64,000 nucleotides of DNA from Malacoraja senta (lineage: Eukaryota): NCBI GenBank assembly GCA_038087875.1, contig CM075986.1, positions 13,578,001 to 13,642,000 on the forward strand, given 5' to 3'. The notes under the pieces are model-generated. The model did not search any database and was not told where the DNA came from. It saw only the letters and a list, made by a program, of their open reading frames with translations. The translations under genes were made by a program, and so were the position numbers. Shown in pieces: positions 1-12,115 of the stretch (the first letter of the stretch is position 1; the number at the start of each line of letters is the position of its first letter).

Positions 1-129
1 GACCTCTGGATTTCCAAACTCTTTTAACTAAGCAGTGATTTGTTTCCATAATGTACATAAAGTAGCAGCTATCTGTTACAAATATGAGTAACAGTATGAA
101 AATGACGAGAGAAGATGTTCCAGCATGGT

Positions 130-240
130 TAACTAAGGGATATGTTTTTGCCAGGCCATGGAAGAATTTCTCTGATCCATCACCATCATGTCTTTTATCC
201 TCCTGAGAGGTCGGTCACAATCTGTTTAACACCTTGTAAT
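130..240 (-). mobile_element. Ancient Deu-domain SINE relic (SacSINE1/AmnSINE1-like)
   Basis: gggatatgtttttgccagg...tcttttatcctcctgagagg...gtttaac resembles the reverse Deu-domain consensus as I recall it; similar to 59600-59750. Confidence 0.4.
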
Positions 241-473
241 GTTAGCATGAATGAGAATGTGTTTTAGCCATGTCTTCACTTAATGAATTGAAAATCAACC
301 TTCTCTATCAAGCGAAAGACCTACTAATAGTCTTTACATTTTATCTAACTAGGGTGCTGTAATATGTCACCAATGATGAAGTATTTGCAAGAGTTTTTCT
401 AAAATTGCTAATGAAGTGCCAGGAACTTTGCTGTGATGCATTTCTGAAAATTGTAGGAACTGGATGACATGAC

Positions 474-770
474 TTTTTAGTTTTAGTTTAAGTTTCGTTT
501 ATTGGTGTCACGTGTACAGAAGTACAGTGAAAAGCTTTTGTTTGCGTGCTAGTCTGCCCATACTCCTGCCATCGGAAAGAAGGTATAGGGGCCTGAAAAC
601 TGTAATGTTCATGAGCAGCTTCTTCCCCACAACACCAGAGTATTCTGCTTCAGTCATATGACAATAAAACGCTCTGGACTTGAAAAGGCTATACATGAAT
701 ACAATCAAGGCAAAGGATAAAGGGCAAAGGATAAAGGGCACAACATTTAGTGCAACCATCGTCCAATGGT
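474..770 (-). mobile_element. Rex/Babar-like LINE 3' tail fragment
   Basis: gtttattggtgtcacgtgtac...cagtgaaaagcttttg shared with the tail of the 27680-28140 element. Confidence 0.45.
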
Positions 771-804
771 CAGGATATTTCTACTTCAACAAGTGTTTCC
801 ATCT

Positions 805-1105
805 TTAGAATTTAGAGATACAGCACGGAAACAAGGCCCTTCGGCCCACCGACCAGCGACCACCATGCCAACCAGCGATCAGCACGTGCACTAGCACTGT
901 CCTGTCCACTAGGGACAATTTACAATTTTACCAAATCCAATTAACCTACAAACCTGAACATCTTTGGAGTGTGGGAAGAGAAAACCCACATGGTCACAGG
1001 GAGAACACACAATCTCCATATAGACAGCACCCGTAATCAGGATCGAACCCAGGTGTCTGCCGCTGTAAGGCAGCAACTCTACCGCTACGCCACTGTGCCA
1101 TCCCA
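805..1105 (-). mobile_element. tRNA-derived SINE (HE1/V-SINE-like), full length
   Basis: On -: A box (tggcgtagcgg), B box (ggttcgatcc), central domain, and CR1/HER1-type 3' tail gggccgaagggcc. Confidence 0.85.
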
Positions 1106-1544
1106 CCTTTGAATATTTCCTCCATTCAAATTGGATATTTTCAACCTCTATTATTGTATATAAATTTTGTGATTGTCATGCTCAAAGAATATTTTATTCA
1201 CTGGGAGAAAAGTCAATTACAAGTGTTGGAATATGCTATGAAAAGGAAGATTAATTAATTTTAAAAAGGAATGCATAGAAATATATTTGGATGAAGATCA
1301 GATGAGTAGAACTAATTTAGACTTCTCTTTCACAATGCTGGTGCGGTGGTGAAAATGCCTCCATGGCTTTCTGATGCCATGTGTATAAAGACCTGTGAGT
1401 TATTAATGTACAGCCTTAAACACAGAATATTGAAAGTTGGCAAAGTTTTCAATCTTTAGAACATTGGTATGAGCTTCTGATTGTACTATTTATACTTTAA
1501 ATTGTTGAAAATATTTGGCAAATTGAGGCTTGTAATCAGGAGCA

Positions 1545-1700
1545 AAAAACAAAGTGCTGGAGGAACTCAGTGGGTCAGGTAAAGTCTGTGGATGAAATGG
1601 ACAGGCAATGTTTTGGGTCAGGGCCCTTCCTCATACTGATAGTCGTCGGGAGGAGAAAGCTGGAAAAGAGAGATGGGAACAGAAGCAAGGTGTCTGGCAG
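1545..1700 (-). mobile_element. Diverged Penelope pLTR-derived short repeat
   Basis: gctggaggaactcagtgggtcagg...gttttgggtcagggcccttcctc matches the family described in findings. Confidence 0.6.
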
Positions 1701-2196
1701 GTCCATTCAGGTTCAAATCAGCCATATTACTGAAAGCTACATACTGATTGAAACACCTGATTCATCTTGGGGACCACCACAGAGTTGAAACAGCTTTCCC
1801 ACGAGAACCAAAGGATAACTTTTGAAGGAAAAAGAGCCATAAATGGTAGCCTTGCATATGCCTTGGAGTGGCTGGTTAATGAGAAGTTCTTACAGAAAAC
1901 CCATAATTAACTCAACTGCCTCTTTCTTGGTAAATAATGTTGTGTACCTGAAGGTGTAGCAACCTTGGAGATAAAATACAGATACAGTTCAATGTAGAAG
2001 TATGTGAAGACCTTGCAACTAAAACAGGATTAAATGCATTTTAAGTTTGACTAATGTCACTGATGACTGGTCATAATTTCTTCATTGTTTGCAGGGCATT
2101 TGAGTAAAATTCGGTTGTTATGTTTGATATCTTATAACAGTTCAGACAAGCTAAAAACATTTTAGCTTTCAAGCACTTCGGAATGTCCTGAGAATT

Positions 2197-3129
2197 CAGG
2201 CACGGAAATCGCTATCCAAACATGGAGGGGACAGGGGGGACACAATTTCTTGGCGGCCGCACGCGCATGCGAACACATACACACACACACTCACGCACTC
2301 ACACTCACACTCAAACACTCACACACACACACTCACACTCACACACACAAAGCTTTGGAGACTTCAGCCGTGGGCCCTATGGACGGTAATTAGTGCTGGG
2401 TGGCGGCAGTTGCCGAAAGAAATCGCCTAAGGCCCACAGCAAGCGCGGAGAAGCAGCGCTAAATGCAGCTCAACTCTGCCTGTCTCGCCAGGTTAACCTA
2501 CAGCCCTGCCTGGATTGACGGGACACGAGTCGTGAGCCGTGGAGCTAGCGCTGCTTCTCTGCGCTGGCTGTGGGCACCGCTCCCGTCTGACTCCCGACGT
2601 TTCTGGCCACCCCAGGGGGAGGGAGGACGGGCACTCGGGTGGGGACGGGGATGGTCCCGTGGCGGTGTGGCAGCGATTGCAGCGCCGGAGACCCGGGAGC
2701 GATCCTGGCTACGGATGATGAGCAGGTCAGTGTCCAGGGCTGCCGAGAGTGTTTTTCGCTTGACCTGGGCTTGCAAATCAAGTTCCGCTCTGATGTTTGC
2801 CCCACGGACGTCTCCTTCCTCCAATCACGGCGCTCTATCCTCCATCCCTCCCCCCTACTTCCGCCTCTGACCGACACTTTCCTCCTCCAATCATCGCGCT
2901 GAATTATCATGGCCCCGCCCCCATTGCCTGCTGACCGACGTCACTCTCGTCCAATCGGCGCCCTCGATCATCAGTCCCACCCCCACTGTCTCGCGGAAAG
3001 CGGAGATTTCACCGAGTTTTAAAATCCAGGTTACAAAAAAATGGGGGGGATCATCCCCCACCTCTCAAAACAGGGGGGGGGGGGGGGACGTGTGTCCCCT
3101 GCCCCCCCCCCCCCGGATTTCCGCCCCTG
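2197..3129. mobile_element. Non-autonomous hAT-like DNA transposon (MITE), GC/CpG-rich
   Basis: TIRs caggcacggaaatc / gatttccgcccctg; subterminal ggggggacac / gtgtcccc; flanking near-duplication cctgagaatt (2187-2196) / cctgagatt (3130-3138). Confidence 0.75.
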
Positions 3130-3659
3130 CCTGAGATTATGTCCAGTTTCGTTAGGGATGAAAATCCAAGCGGAAAGGTCATTTTTCCTCTCAAAAACAG
3201 CATCTTGTAGAAAATAACCCCTGCTGCTGATCAAGGATTTTTCTTAGGGATAGATTGTATTTTAAATTTAAAGGAAACATTTTGTGAACTTCTCTATTAA
3301 CAAAATTATTTTAAGAATATTAAATTATTCTTCTCCGATTCATGCTTGATTTTGTTTTGGAGATTCACACTTGACAAGTTCAAGTAATCCTCCAGGGTGA
3401 TGAGATGGTTAAATATTTGGATTTACAAATGCTACCTTTGGTCATGCAGAAGCACGATTCATTGTAGCAATAAATAGATTAATGTAGGGTGTTTACTCTT
3501 TGTTTTAATCTATCTTCAAATATAAATCTTAATCACAAATTATAGCATTATGTTATGATGGAAGCGAATGTGAGGTGTGGTTGAATAAACCAGCTGCACA
3601 TGTTGTGGCAGCTCTCTTTGCACTGTTCTGTAGCAAAGTAGGGAACACCGGCACATCTT

Positions 3660-4020
3660 ACAAATTGGGGATGAGTGTTTAGGGAGCATAGTGAGGGGCT
3701 GAGAATCCATCCTTGTGGATTGCTGCTGTGGAGAATTATCGTGCAGGATGATTTGTCACACATCCTTGCTGATTTTGGTCGGGGAGTCAAGGACCCAGTG
3801 GCAGAGAGGTTGTCTGACTCCTTGGTCCAGATGTTCGGAGATGAGATTGGTTGGGATTATGGTGTTGGAGGTAGAATTAGTCAATAAATAGGAGTCGGGC
3901 ATAGGTGCTATCTAAACGCTCTAGAAATGAGTGTAGGGCCAGCGAGATGGGGTCTGCCTTGGACTTGTTGTAACAGTTGGCAAACAACAGTGAATCAAGG
4001 TTGTCCACGAGGCTGGAGTT
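3660..4020 (-). mobile_element. Degenerate non-LTR RT fragment (Rex/L2-like)
   Basis: SNPQGWILSPSLCSLNTH resembles the RT motif G.PQG.VLSP.L.SLYT. Confidence 0.55.
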
Positions 4021-4667
4021 AAATCAAATTAAATCAAAGTTAATAAACACATTTTCACATTTGTTATACCTTGCAAAATTGATATGTTCTTAGAGGGGCA
4101 TTGAAATGACAAATCTGTCATCGTAGAATGATAGGTAAGGCTGGAGTGACTGGTGTTAGTTGCTGTTAAAAATGGAATTAAAAATATACAGCACTTTATA
4201 TGAATTTAAAAAGTCAGAATGTTTTAACTAGATGTTCAAGTCAAAAACCTTGGTAGAAAATCAAAGCACTTGTAGTAATGTGATTACATAGGGGATGCTT
4301 TCACAGCAAGAAGGCACAAGGGGAGATCTGCACATTATAAAAGTCAAAGTGAGTGATGGGACATTCAGCTCGAGCAACATTTACAGAATAGCAATAATGC
4401 TAGACAACCATATCTTCAAGCCAAAAGTCCAGCTAAATGGTCATTTGTTATGTTTGATATGATCATCGAAACAGCAGCCGATTTTATGTGGGCAAGAATA
4501 AGATTTCCAAGCATATTCAGCCAAGCACTGAAAAGAAGGGTAAGGTGAACCTGAAAATATATTCAGGTGAAGTACTGAAGGATGGTTGAAATGTTTAGAG
4601 TTCACAGCAGTCAACAAATCAAACTACAGATGTTTGCACCTGTGATTCTAATTGGCCCATATTGATG

Positions 4668-4818
4668 GACAATAGATGGACAGGCGAAGAGGTGTCTGAA
4701 GAAGGCTTCCAATCTGAAACGTCACCCCTTATCTCCAGAGATGTTGTCTGACCCGTTGAGTTACTCCAGCATTTTGTGTCTATTTTCTGTATAAACTGGC
4801 ACCTGCAGTTGCTTCCTA
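4668..4818 (+). mobile_element. Penelope-derived short element with hammerhead-like core
   Basis: ctgaaga (4696-4702)...gaaacgtc (4716-4723); TSD catattgatg at 4658-4667 / 4819-4828. Confidence 0.7.
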
Positions 4819-5499
4819 CATATTGATGAGCAAAGACTGGCTCAAAACTGAAGCTAAAATGCTAAGGGACGTTAAATACAGATGTTTCAAATGTATGCTT
4901 AGTCATACATTGGGAAAGTATGTACAAGTGTTCAAAGATATCTACATATGTATTTATCATACTCAAATCTTTCAAGCCAGGTGCAAAACCAGAATACTGC
5001 AAGCGTTAACCTGTTTGAAATGCATTGGAAAAACAATGGAGGAATTAGATAAATTAGAATGAAATGGAATGCTAGTGAAGACAAGCCAGAGTAATCCAGC
5101 AACACCAATCGTAAACAAGTCAAAACAAAAACTACAGATGCTGAATATCTGAAACAAAAACATAAAATACTGGAGACACTCTGCCATATCTGTGGAAAGA
5201 AAAATATTTGCTTATGTTTCAAACCCTGCATCAGAACGATCAGCTCTCTCACTACTGGAAGCATCCTCTTCACATCAACTCTACGTAGGTTTCAGATAAT
5301 CTATCAGGGTTCAAGGAGAAATGGGTCAAGGGGAAACATATATTGGTTCCTATGTAACAAAGCAGCACACTAGAAGAACCTGGCAGAAGAACTCGTCTCT
5401 GATAAGTCATCAAGTTCGTCTATTTTCTATTTAGTTTTTTATGAAATAAAATTGAATTAACTGTGCATCTTATTTCACCCAGGTAGTCTAGCATCAACG

Positions 5500-5982
5500 T
5501 ATATAGATACATAGATACATAGAAAATAGGTGCAGGAGTAGGCCATTCGGCCCTTCGAGCCTGCACCGCCATTCAATATGATCATGGCTGATCATCCAAC
5601 TCAGTATCCCGTACCTGCCTTCTCTCCATACCCCCTGATCCCCTTAGCCACAAGGGCCACATCTACCTCCCTCTTAAATATAGCCAATGAACTGGCCTCA
5701 ACTACCCTCTGTGGCAGAGAGTTCCAGAGATTCACCACTCTCTGTGTGAAAAAGTTTTTCCTCATCTCGGTCTTAAAGGATTTCCCCTTATCCTTAAGCT
5801 GTGACCCCTTGTTCTGGACTTCCCCAACATCGGGAACAATCTTCCTGCATCTAGCCTGTCCAACCCCATAAGAATTTTGTACGTTTCTATAAGATCCCCT
5901 CTCAATCTCCTACATTCTAGCGAGTATAAGCCAAGTCTATCCAGTCTTTCTTCATATGAAAGTCCTGACATTCCAGGAATAT
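5500..5982 (-). mobile_element. Young CR1 (HER1-like) LINE 3' fragment
   Basis: IPGMSGLSYEERLDRLGLYSLE...RLRGDLIETYKIL; (ctatgtat)n tail; nearly identical reverse complement of 39430-39911. Confidence 0.92.
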
Positions 5983-6479
5983 GGCTGACAGTTATCAAAA
6001 TAGCACTGAAGATAAGGGTGTTATATTTCAATTTGACAAGAGATTAGTTTAGCAAGACATTTGCTTATGAAAGGGTAATGTCACATTCCTCAACTGGTTA
6101 CATTCTCTCAGTGAGGGGAGAAGTTCAGGTGAACCTTAAGGGGAAGAGGAAAAAGGCAGTTGATATAAAATGAAATTATATCTCTGGTTTCGGAGGGAAA
6201 TAATTCAAATTATAAAAGTTCATCAATTGTCACAGCCAAGCAAATCATGCAGTAAGAAATTGGTGAAATATAGCAATATGCATACGCGTGACGGAGCGAC
6301 AACTGGAAGAAAAGAGAGAAACTTTCTTGTGTGTACATAAATCATTTAAATTCCAGCTAAAAGGAATAAAATAAAGTATCAATGTTATGCAATCAGAAAA
6401 TTACATTGGATCCAGAATTTGATCTAGTTGAGATGGAAGAAATTACACAAGATTCTGTTGAATTAGGAAGTGTTACTTT

Positions 6480-7175
6480 CGTCGTCATGGCTATCCCTCG
6501 AGGTCAAGGATGATGGTCTATGTTCTGTTTTTATGGACTCTCAGGTGGCTTATGAGTCCAATCCTGGCTTTGAAAGTTCTTCGACATTCAGGACAGATAA
6601 TTCCAGATGGCAGATCAGGCTTTGCTTGTTGCTGCCTCTCTTTCCGTTTTCTTCTCTTTTCTTCTAATTCTGCGCATCTCTTGGCTTCAAAGGTCATTGT
6701 TCCTTCTTGGATGATGGTTCGTCAGAGTTTCCTGTCCTTGGCATTGGTTTCCCAATTGTCGATGTCGATTTCACATTTCTTCATGCTGGCTTTTAAGGCG
6801 TCTTTGAATCTCTTCCTTTGTCCGCCTCTTTTACGTTTGCCTTCTTTAAGCTGGGAGTAGAAGGTTTGCTTTGGTAGACGCTCGTCTTCCATCCGAACAA
6901 CATGACCGACCCATCTTAGTTGGTTATTGATGACGAAGGCTTCGATGCTAGATGTTTTCGCATCATTCAGCACCCTGACGTTGGTTCTTCTGTCTTCACA
7001 AGTGATATTTCAGCTGCTTCGAAGGCATCGTTGATGGAACTTTTCAAGTGTTTTCAGATGGCGTCGGTATGTTGTCTAGGTTTCTGATACATTCAGGAGC
7101 ATTGGAATCACCACTGCCTTGTACACTAACATTTTGGTGTCTGTTCGGATGTCACGATTTTGAAAGACTCAACGA
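6480..7175 (-). mobile_element. RTE-clade LINE 3' fragment
   Basis: IEAFVINNQLRWVGHVVRMEDERLPKQTFYSQLKEGKRKRGGQRKRFKDALK is the typical RTE/BovB C-terminus. Confidence 0.88.
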
Positions 7176-7393
7176 TCAGCTCAACTCAAACTTGTGAATT
7201 GGGTGAAGTTTACTAATGTGCCTGTATGACTCATTCCTTTCAGAAAAGCGCAAGCAGTGCATGTAAATATGGCAAATATGAAATCATGAGCACATTCATT
7301 CACCGAGAATTGAATAAACAAATTATACATGTTCTAGCAGCTCTTCATGTTTCATTATGTGTCTCTGTTGTTCGGGTTAGAAGGATGAAGCCT

Positions 7394-7543
7394 NNNNNNN
7401 NNNNNNNNNNNNNNNNNNNNNNNNNNNNNNNNNNNNNNNNNNNNNNNNNNNNNNNNNNNNNNNNNNNNNNNNNNNNNNNNNNNNNNNNNNNNNNNNNNNN
7501 NNNNNNNNNNNNNNNNNNNNNNNNNNNNNNNNNNNNNNNNNNN
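7394..7543. other. Assembly gap (150 N)
   Basis: Run of N. Confidence 1.
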
Positions 7544-7803
7544 GAGAAGGGTCTCGACCGAAAACATCACCCATTCCTTCTCTCCAGAGATGCTGCCTGT
7601 CCCGCTGAGTCACTCCACCATTTTGTGTCTACCTTCGATTTAAACCAGCATCTGCAGTTCTTTTAATATATATATATATATTAAAAGAACTGCAGATGCT
7701 GGTTTAAATCGAAGGTAGACACAAAATGGTGGAGTGACTCAGCGGGACAGGCAGCATCTCTGGAGAGAAGGAATGGGTGATGTTTTCGGTCGAGACCCTT
7801 CTC
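7544..7803. repeat. Perfect 260-bp palindrome of Penelope-derived repeat centred on (TA)n
   Basis: Arms are exact reverse complements around 7673/7674. Confidence 0.9.
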
Positions 7804-7824
7804 CAGCATTTTATGTCTATATAT

Positions 7825-7900
7825 ATGTGTGTCTGTGTGTGTGTGTCTGTGTGTGGGTCTGTGTCTGTGTCTGTGTGTGTCTGTGTGTGTGTGTGTGTGT
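7825..7900. repeat. (TG)n / (TGTGTC)n microsatellite
   Basis: Direct inspection. Confidence 0.9.
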
Positions 7901-9859
7901 ACAATGTATGTACAAGTGCACAGGCTTCAAGTGCACAGATATATATATATATCTTAAATATTCAGCTTATCCTCCTGTTACAACATACACATTAAAAATT
8001 GTATCAACTTTCCAATGCCTTCAGGGGCATATTTTGTGACATATAAGATTGATTTGGGTGATCTGTATTTCTTTTGTGTCTGGAAAATTACACTGGTGAC
8101 GAATGTGTCCTCACTTTTCAGGATGAAAGCATTGTTTTGGGTCTTTTTGTCCAGGACCTTTAAGAGCATAAGGCCTACAGACACAGCTGGCAGGCTGCTT
8201 GTACCCTTACCATCAGCTAATATGTTTTACTATCCAGTTGAGAGCATGTGAAGTCCAATGCATAGTCTCCTGAAACCTTATCCAGCTAGATGTCAATTAG
8301 AGGTTTTGAAATGTGCTGTCACATTCTGAGTACTGCTCTTGTTAAAGCTGGGTTACATTCTCTCTCATTGGAAACAATGGGATCACAATGTGGAGGGATT
8401 CTCCAGATTATCTTCTCGGGAGGAATTTTGCACACTTTAAAAATGCTCCTCCTTTTTTGATGATTAGGCATGGATGAAAATCACAATGAACAAATGGATA
8501 ACTTTTGGAATTTTTGATAAATGACCGCTCCAACAGGGAAATGGAGGCAGTTTAAACTAAGTTGTAAGTTTCCTGGGCTATTAGCAAAATATAAAGGATC
8601 TTTGCATCTGAGACACTAGCTTTCATACTCAACAGCCGTTTTATTCCTATAAACATAATATGCGGACATTTAGCCCTCTGAACATTTTGTAGATGTCATT
8701 GCTATTCGTTTATAAGGACTCATTACAGGTCAACCTGAATGATTTTATTTATTTACATAAATAAAATCATTCCTCCATTTCCATTTGGAAATCTCTTCAG
8801 CCCCCTCTGCAAAACGTTCACATTTCTTTTAAAGTCTGGCACTCAAAGCTGGGCACACTAATCCATTTGTGGTTGAACCAATATTTTAAGGTTCATAGCC
8901 ATTTCATTGTCCTATCAAGTCCAGGATCCTGTATCATATTCGCAACCTGCCCAGTCATTTGAAAGAGACTATGCATATGCCCTCAGATCTTCCTGTTCTT
9001 TTACCCCATTCAAAATTGCGCCCCCTTACCTATATAGCTCCTTATCGTGCTTCCAAAGGAAATGAAACATTCTACATTTCTCATTATTAAATTTCATCTG
9101 CCAAATATCTGACTTAAGCATTAGGGCTCTTTTTCTTGCTACGTTTTGAATAAATTTAAAAAACACTGCTGACTGTTTCCATGTGGAAAATAATGTCCTT
9201 GCAAATATGGGCAGATTACAGAAAGTACAGGTCTTTAATGTGATAGAAGGGATAGGATAAGATTGACATGAAATTGAGTAGAAAATTCTCCATTAATTTG
9301 GCCTACTGTATGAATGATACTGTTAGTATGAATAATTCTGGTCGAGTCCCAGGGATTAAAGAGCAGTTAAATTATAATTTTCAATTGAGAGCAGGTGAAT
9401 GACAGCAGGACTCATGGACTTGCTTTGTGCGAATATGTATTTTAATTTGTTATCATCGTATAGCTGACATAATGTACTTTAAGGACCTAGGGAAAGCACT
9501 GCCTTGAAATTCAGTTAAATTCACACTTTTCATGGTCTTCACATCATTGCTAAAATTAGACTGGAAGTTCCTGGAGTGAGTCATCTTTGGGACTGCAGCC
9601 TGATCTCCGATGTCAGGTTTCATGGGATAATATCAGATAACAGGTTGCATAGGATAAGATAATTCCTTGTGAAACAATCCTTGGGAGGATAGCAAAGGAA
9701 ATTGAGCCATGTTGAGGTGAGATATCATTGGGCACTCCTAGAACATCTTGATCATAAAATGCAGGACTTGGATGTTTGCTTGATAAGTAAACTACTTGCC
9801 TTCATCCTTAGATGGGACCCCTCCATTACAGCACCACCATTCCCTCCTCATACCCATCC

Positions 9860-9955
9860 CATTGGAAAACCGTCCTCTGTTGTCCCTAGTGAGTAGGATA
9901 GTGCTAGTGTACGGGGTGATCGCTAGTCGCCGCAGACTCGGTGGGCCGATGTCAA
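9860..9955 (+). mobile_element. HE1-like SINE 3' fragment
   Basis: tgtccctagtgagtaggatagtgctagtg...gtgggccga is the reverse complement of the 805-920 segment. Confidence 0.6.
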
Positions 9956-11694
9956 GTATCAGTCAAAGATTTGTATTTGTTCCTCTCCCTGTTTTCTCCC
10001 CCTCCTTCAGATAATGCTTGTGCATTTTATCTTTCCCCTTTTTTTCCTCAATCAAGTCCTACAACTGCGCAAGGCTCATCTGGACGTCGGGCTGCTGAAT
10101 TCTTGAGCACAGCCTCCATAGAGTAAAAGCAGCATGTTTTCAGTGAATGTCCAATGATCAAAATGGCCGTCATCACTGTGCTTTGGGACTGTGTCTCACT
10201 GGATGTTAGTTAGTATTTATAAACTTGTTAGAATTTATAAACTTCTAAATATAGAAGATACATTCAATTATTTACTTTGAAAAAATATTCACAAAAGCAT
10301 TGAAATTTGCCCCAAGAGCGCAGCTTATTCACAAGGTTATTGACAAAATGCAAATTAATGTTAACCTGGACAGTTAACATATGCAGGATTTTGTTTTAGG
10401 TGTTGTACTCAAATCATTTGCACTGCGCCTGTTATGGGAGGGCAATAACTAAATTGGCAGAGTTTAATGCTGAGGTATATCAATGTCAGTGTAAGATGAG
10501 CCTTTGTTTGTGGAGAAATTGTGGATCCATCCAGTCAGCTCCCTTTCTTGAGTTGCGTTATGGCAGAGTTGGATTACACACACTGCACTTAGTCTGGATG
10601 CTGTTGGCTAATTAATGGAAAGCTCATTTTATCTTCTAATTGCCTTTTTCTCCATTTGAAAATTCATCCACCCAAAACTTCTGGTGTCCTTCAAACCTGA
10701 CCAGGACACTCAAACCCTGTGTGGCATTCGATGAAACATGCCAAGGGTAAAACATTTTATTATCGTAACAGATTTTTAATACTGGGCAGAAAGTTTCAAC
10801 TGAGTAGAAAGGAAATGTTCAATGTAACCAGCTGTATTTCAGCTGACTGAACTCTGTCTTTCCTCTTGTTACTCAGAAGACATACCCGGGGCCATTTTAG
10901 AGTCTGAGATGTTAGATTGCATTAACTGACAGGTGGTCTGTGATGTTACAACCTCTCTTCATTTTGTGTGTGTGTGCTGAAGTCAGGAGTGTTGGTGAAG
11001 ACAGGCAGGGGCAGACCAGACAAATGACGCAAAAACAACATCAAAGGAATGTAAAAGAATAAGCAAGGCAGTGTGACCTATAGCATGACCCTATGAGGGT
11101 GGGGAGAAGCAGTTTAGTTTGCATTTTTTTTAATGGACAAGAAAACTGACATTTCCTGAGAAACGAGGAAAGCTGTTGGAAGCTACATATTAGATATTGA
11201 AATGCTAATGCCTAGGAGTACATTATTCAAATCGGCACCAGCCTTGCCCCAGGCTTTGGCAATTGGCTTAACTTTGGTGGTGCTAGTTATTTCTCCTCCA
11301 ATTTCCTCTCCTGCAATGATCCTGCTGGGACACCATGACCAATGGCAATACTCTTACTAAGCAGCCATTCTTCATGTGAGCCCCTCTGGATTTGGGGAAA
11401 GGGTATTACAATCTGATGTTGGCATGGCTCAGAGAGAACAAGCTTGTGTTGGAAATACTCAGCAAGTCATGCATAAATAAGATTTTTTTTTTAAATCAGG
11501 CTCTTTGTGGAATCGACTAAAGGAAGGGTTTCCTTATTCCACCTTATTTCCAGCTCTCCTGAATTTTTATGTGCTGTGTATGCTTTTGGTGGGGACCTTT
11601 TGTGTGAAAGAGCAGCAGGTTTTCTAAAAAGATCAAAGCATCTTTATCTGACTGTCCTCTGGCTGTTAAAGAGACCATGGAATGGCATCATGTT

Positions 11695-12115
11695 AAAGAA
11701 GGAACTGCAGATGCTGGAAAATCGATGGTACACAAAAATGCTGGAGAAACTCAGCGGGTGCAGCAGCATCTATGGAGCGAAGGAAATAGGTAACGTTTCG
11801 GGCCGAAACCCTTCTTCAGACTGATAGGGGGTGGGGAGAAGAAAGGAAAAAAGGAAAAAGGCGGAGGAGTAGCCCGAGGGCTGGGGGAGGGGAGGAGACA
11901 ACCAGATGGCTGATGAAGGGGAGGGGACAGCAAGGGCTAGCAGAATTGGGAGAATTCAATGTTCAGGACACCAGGATGTAGACTGCCCAAGCGGAATATG
12001 AGGTGCTGAGCACTTCAACTCCCCCTCCCATTCCGTATCTGACCTCTCTGTCCTGGGTCTCCTCCATGGCCACAGCGAGCAACACCGTAAATTGGAGGAA
12101 ATGCACCTCATATTG
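11695..12115 (-). mobile_element. Penelope-like element 3' fragment (end of GIY-YIG domain plus pLTR with hammerhead-like core)
   Basis: Near-identical to 22739-23110, with internal rearrangement; core at 11792-11819 (-). Confidence 0.85.

Noticed and set aside
805-1105. tRNA gene
   Set aside because: The A/B boxes belong to a multi-copy SINE head; no complete cloverleaf
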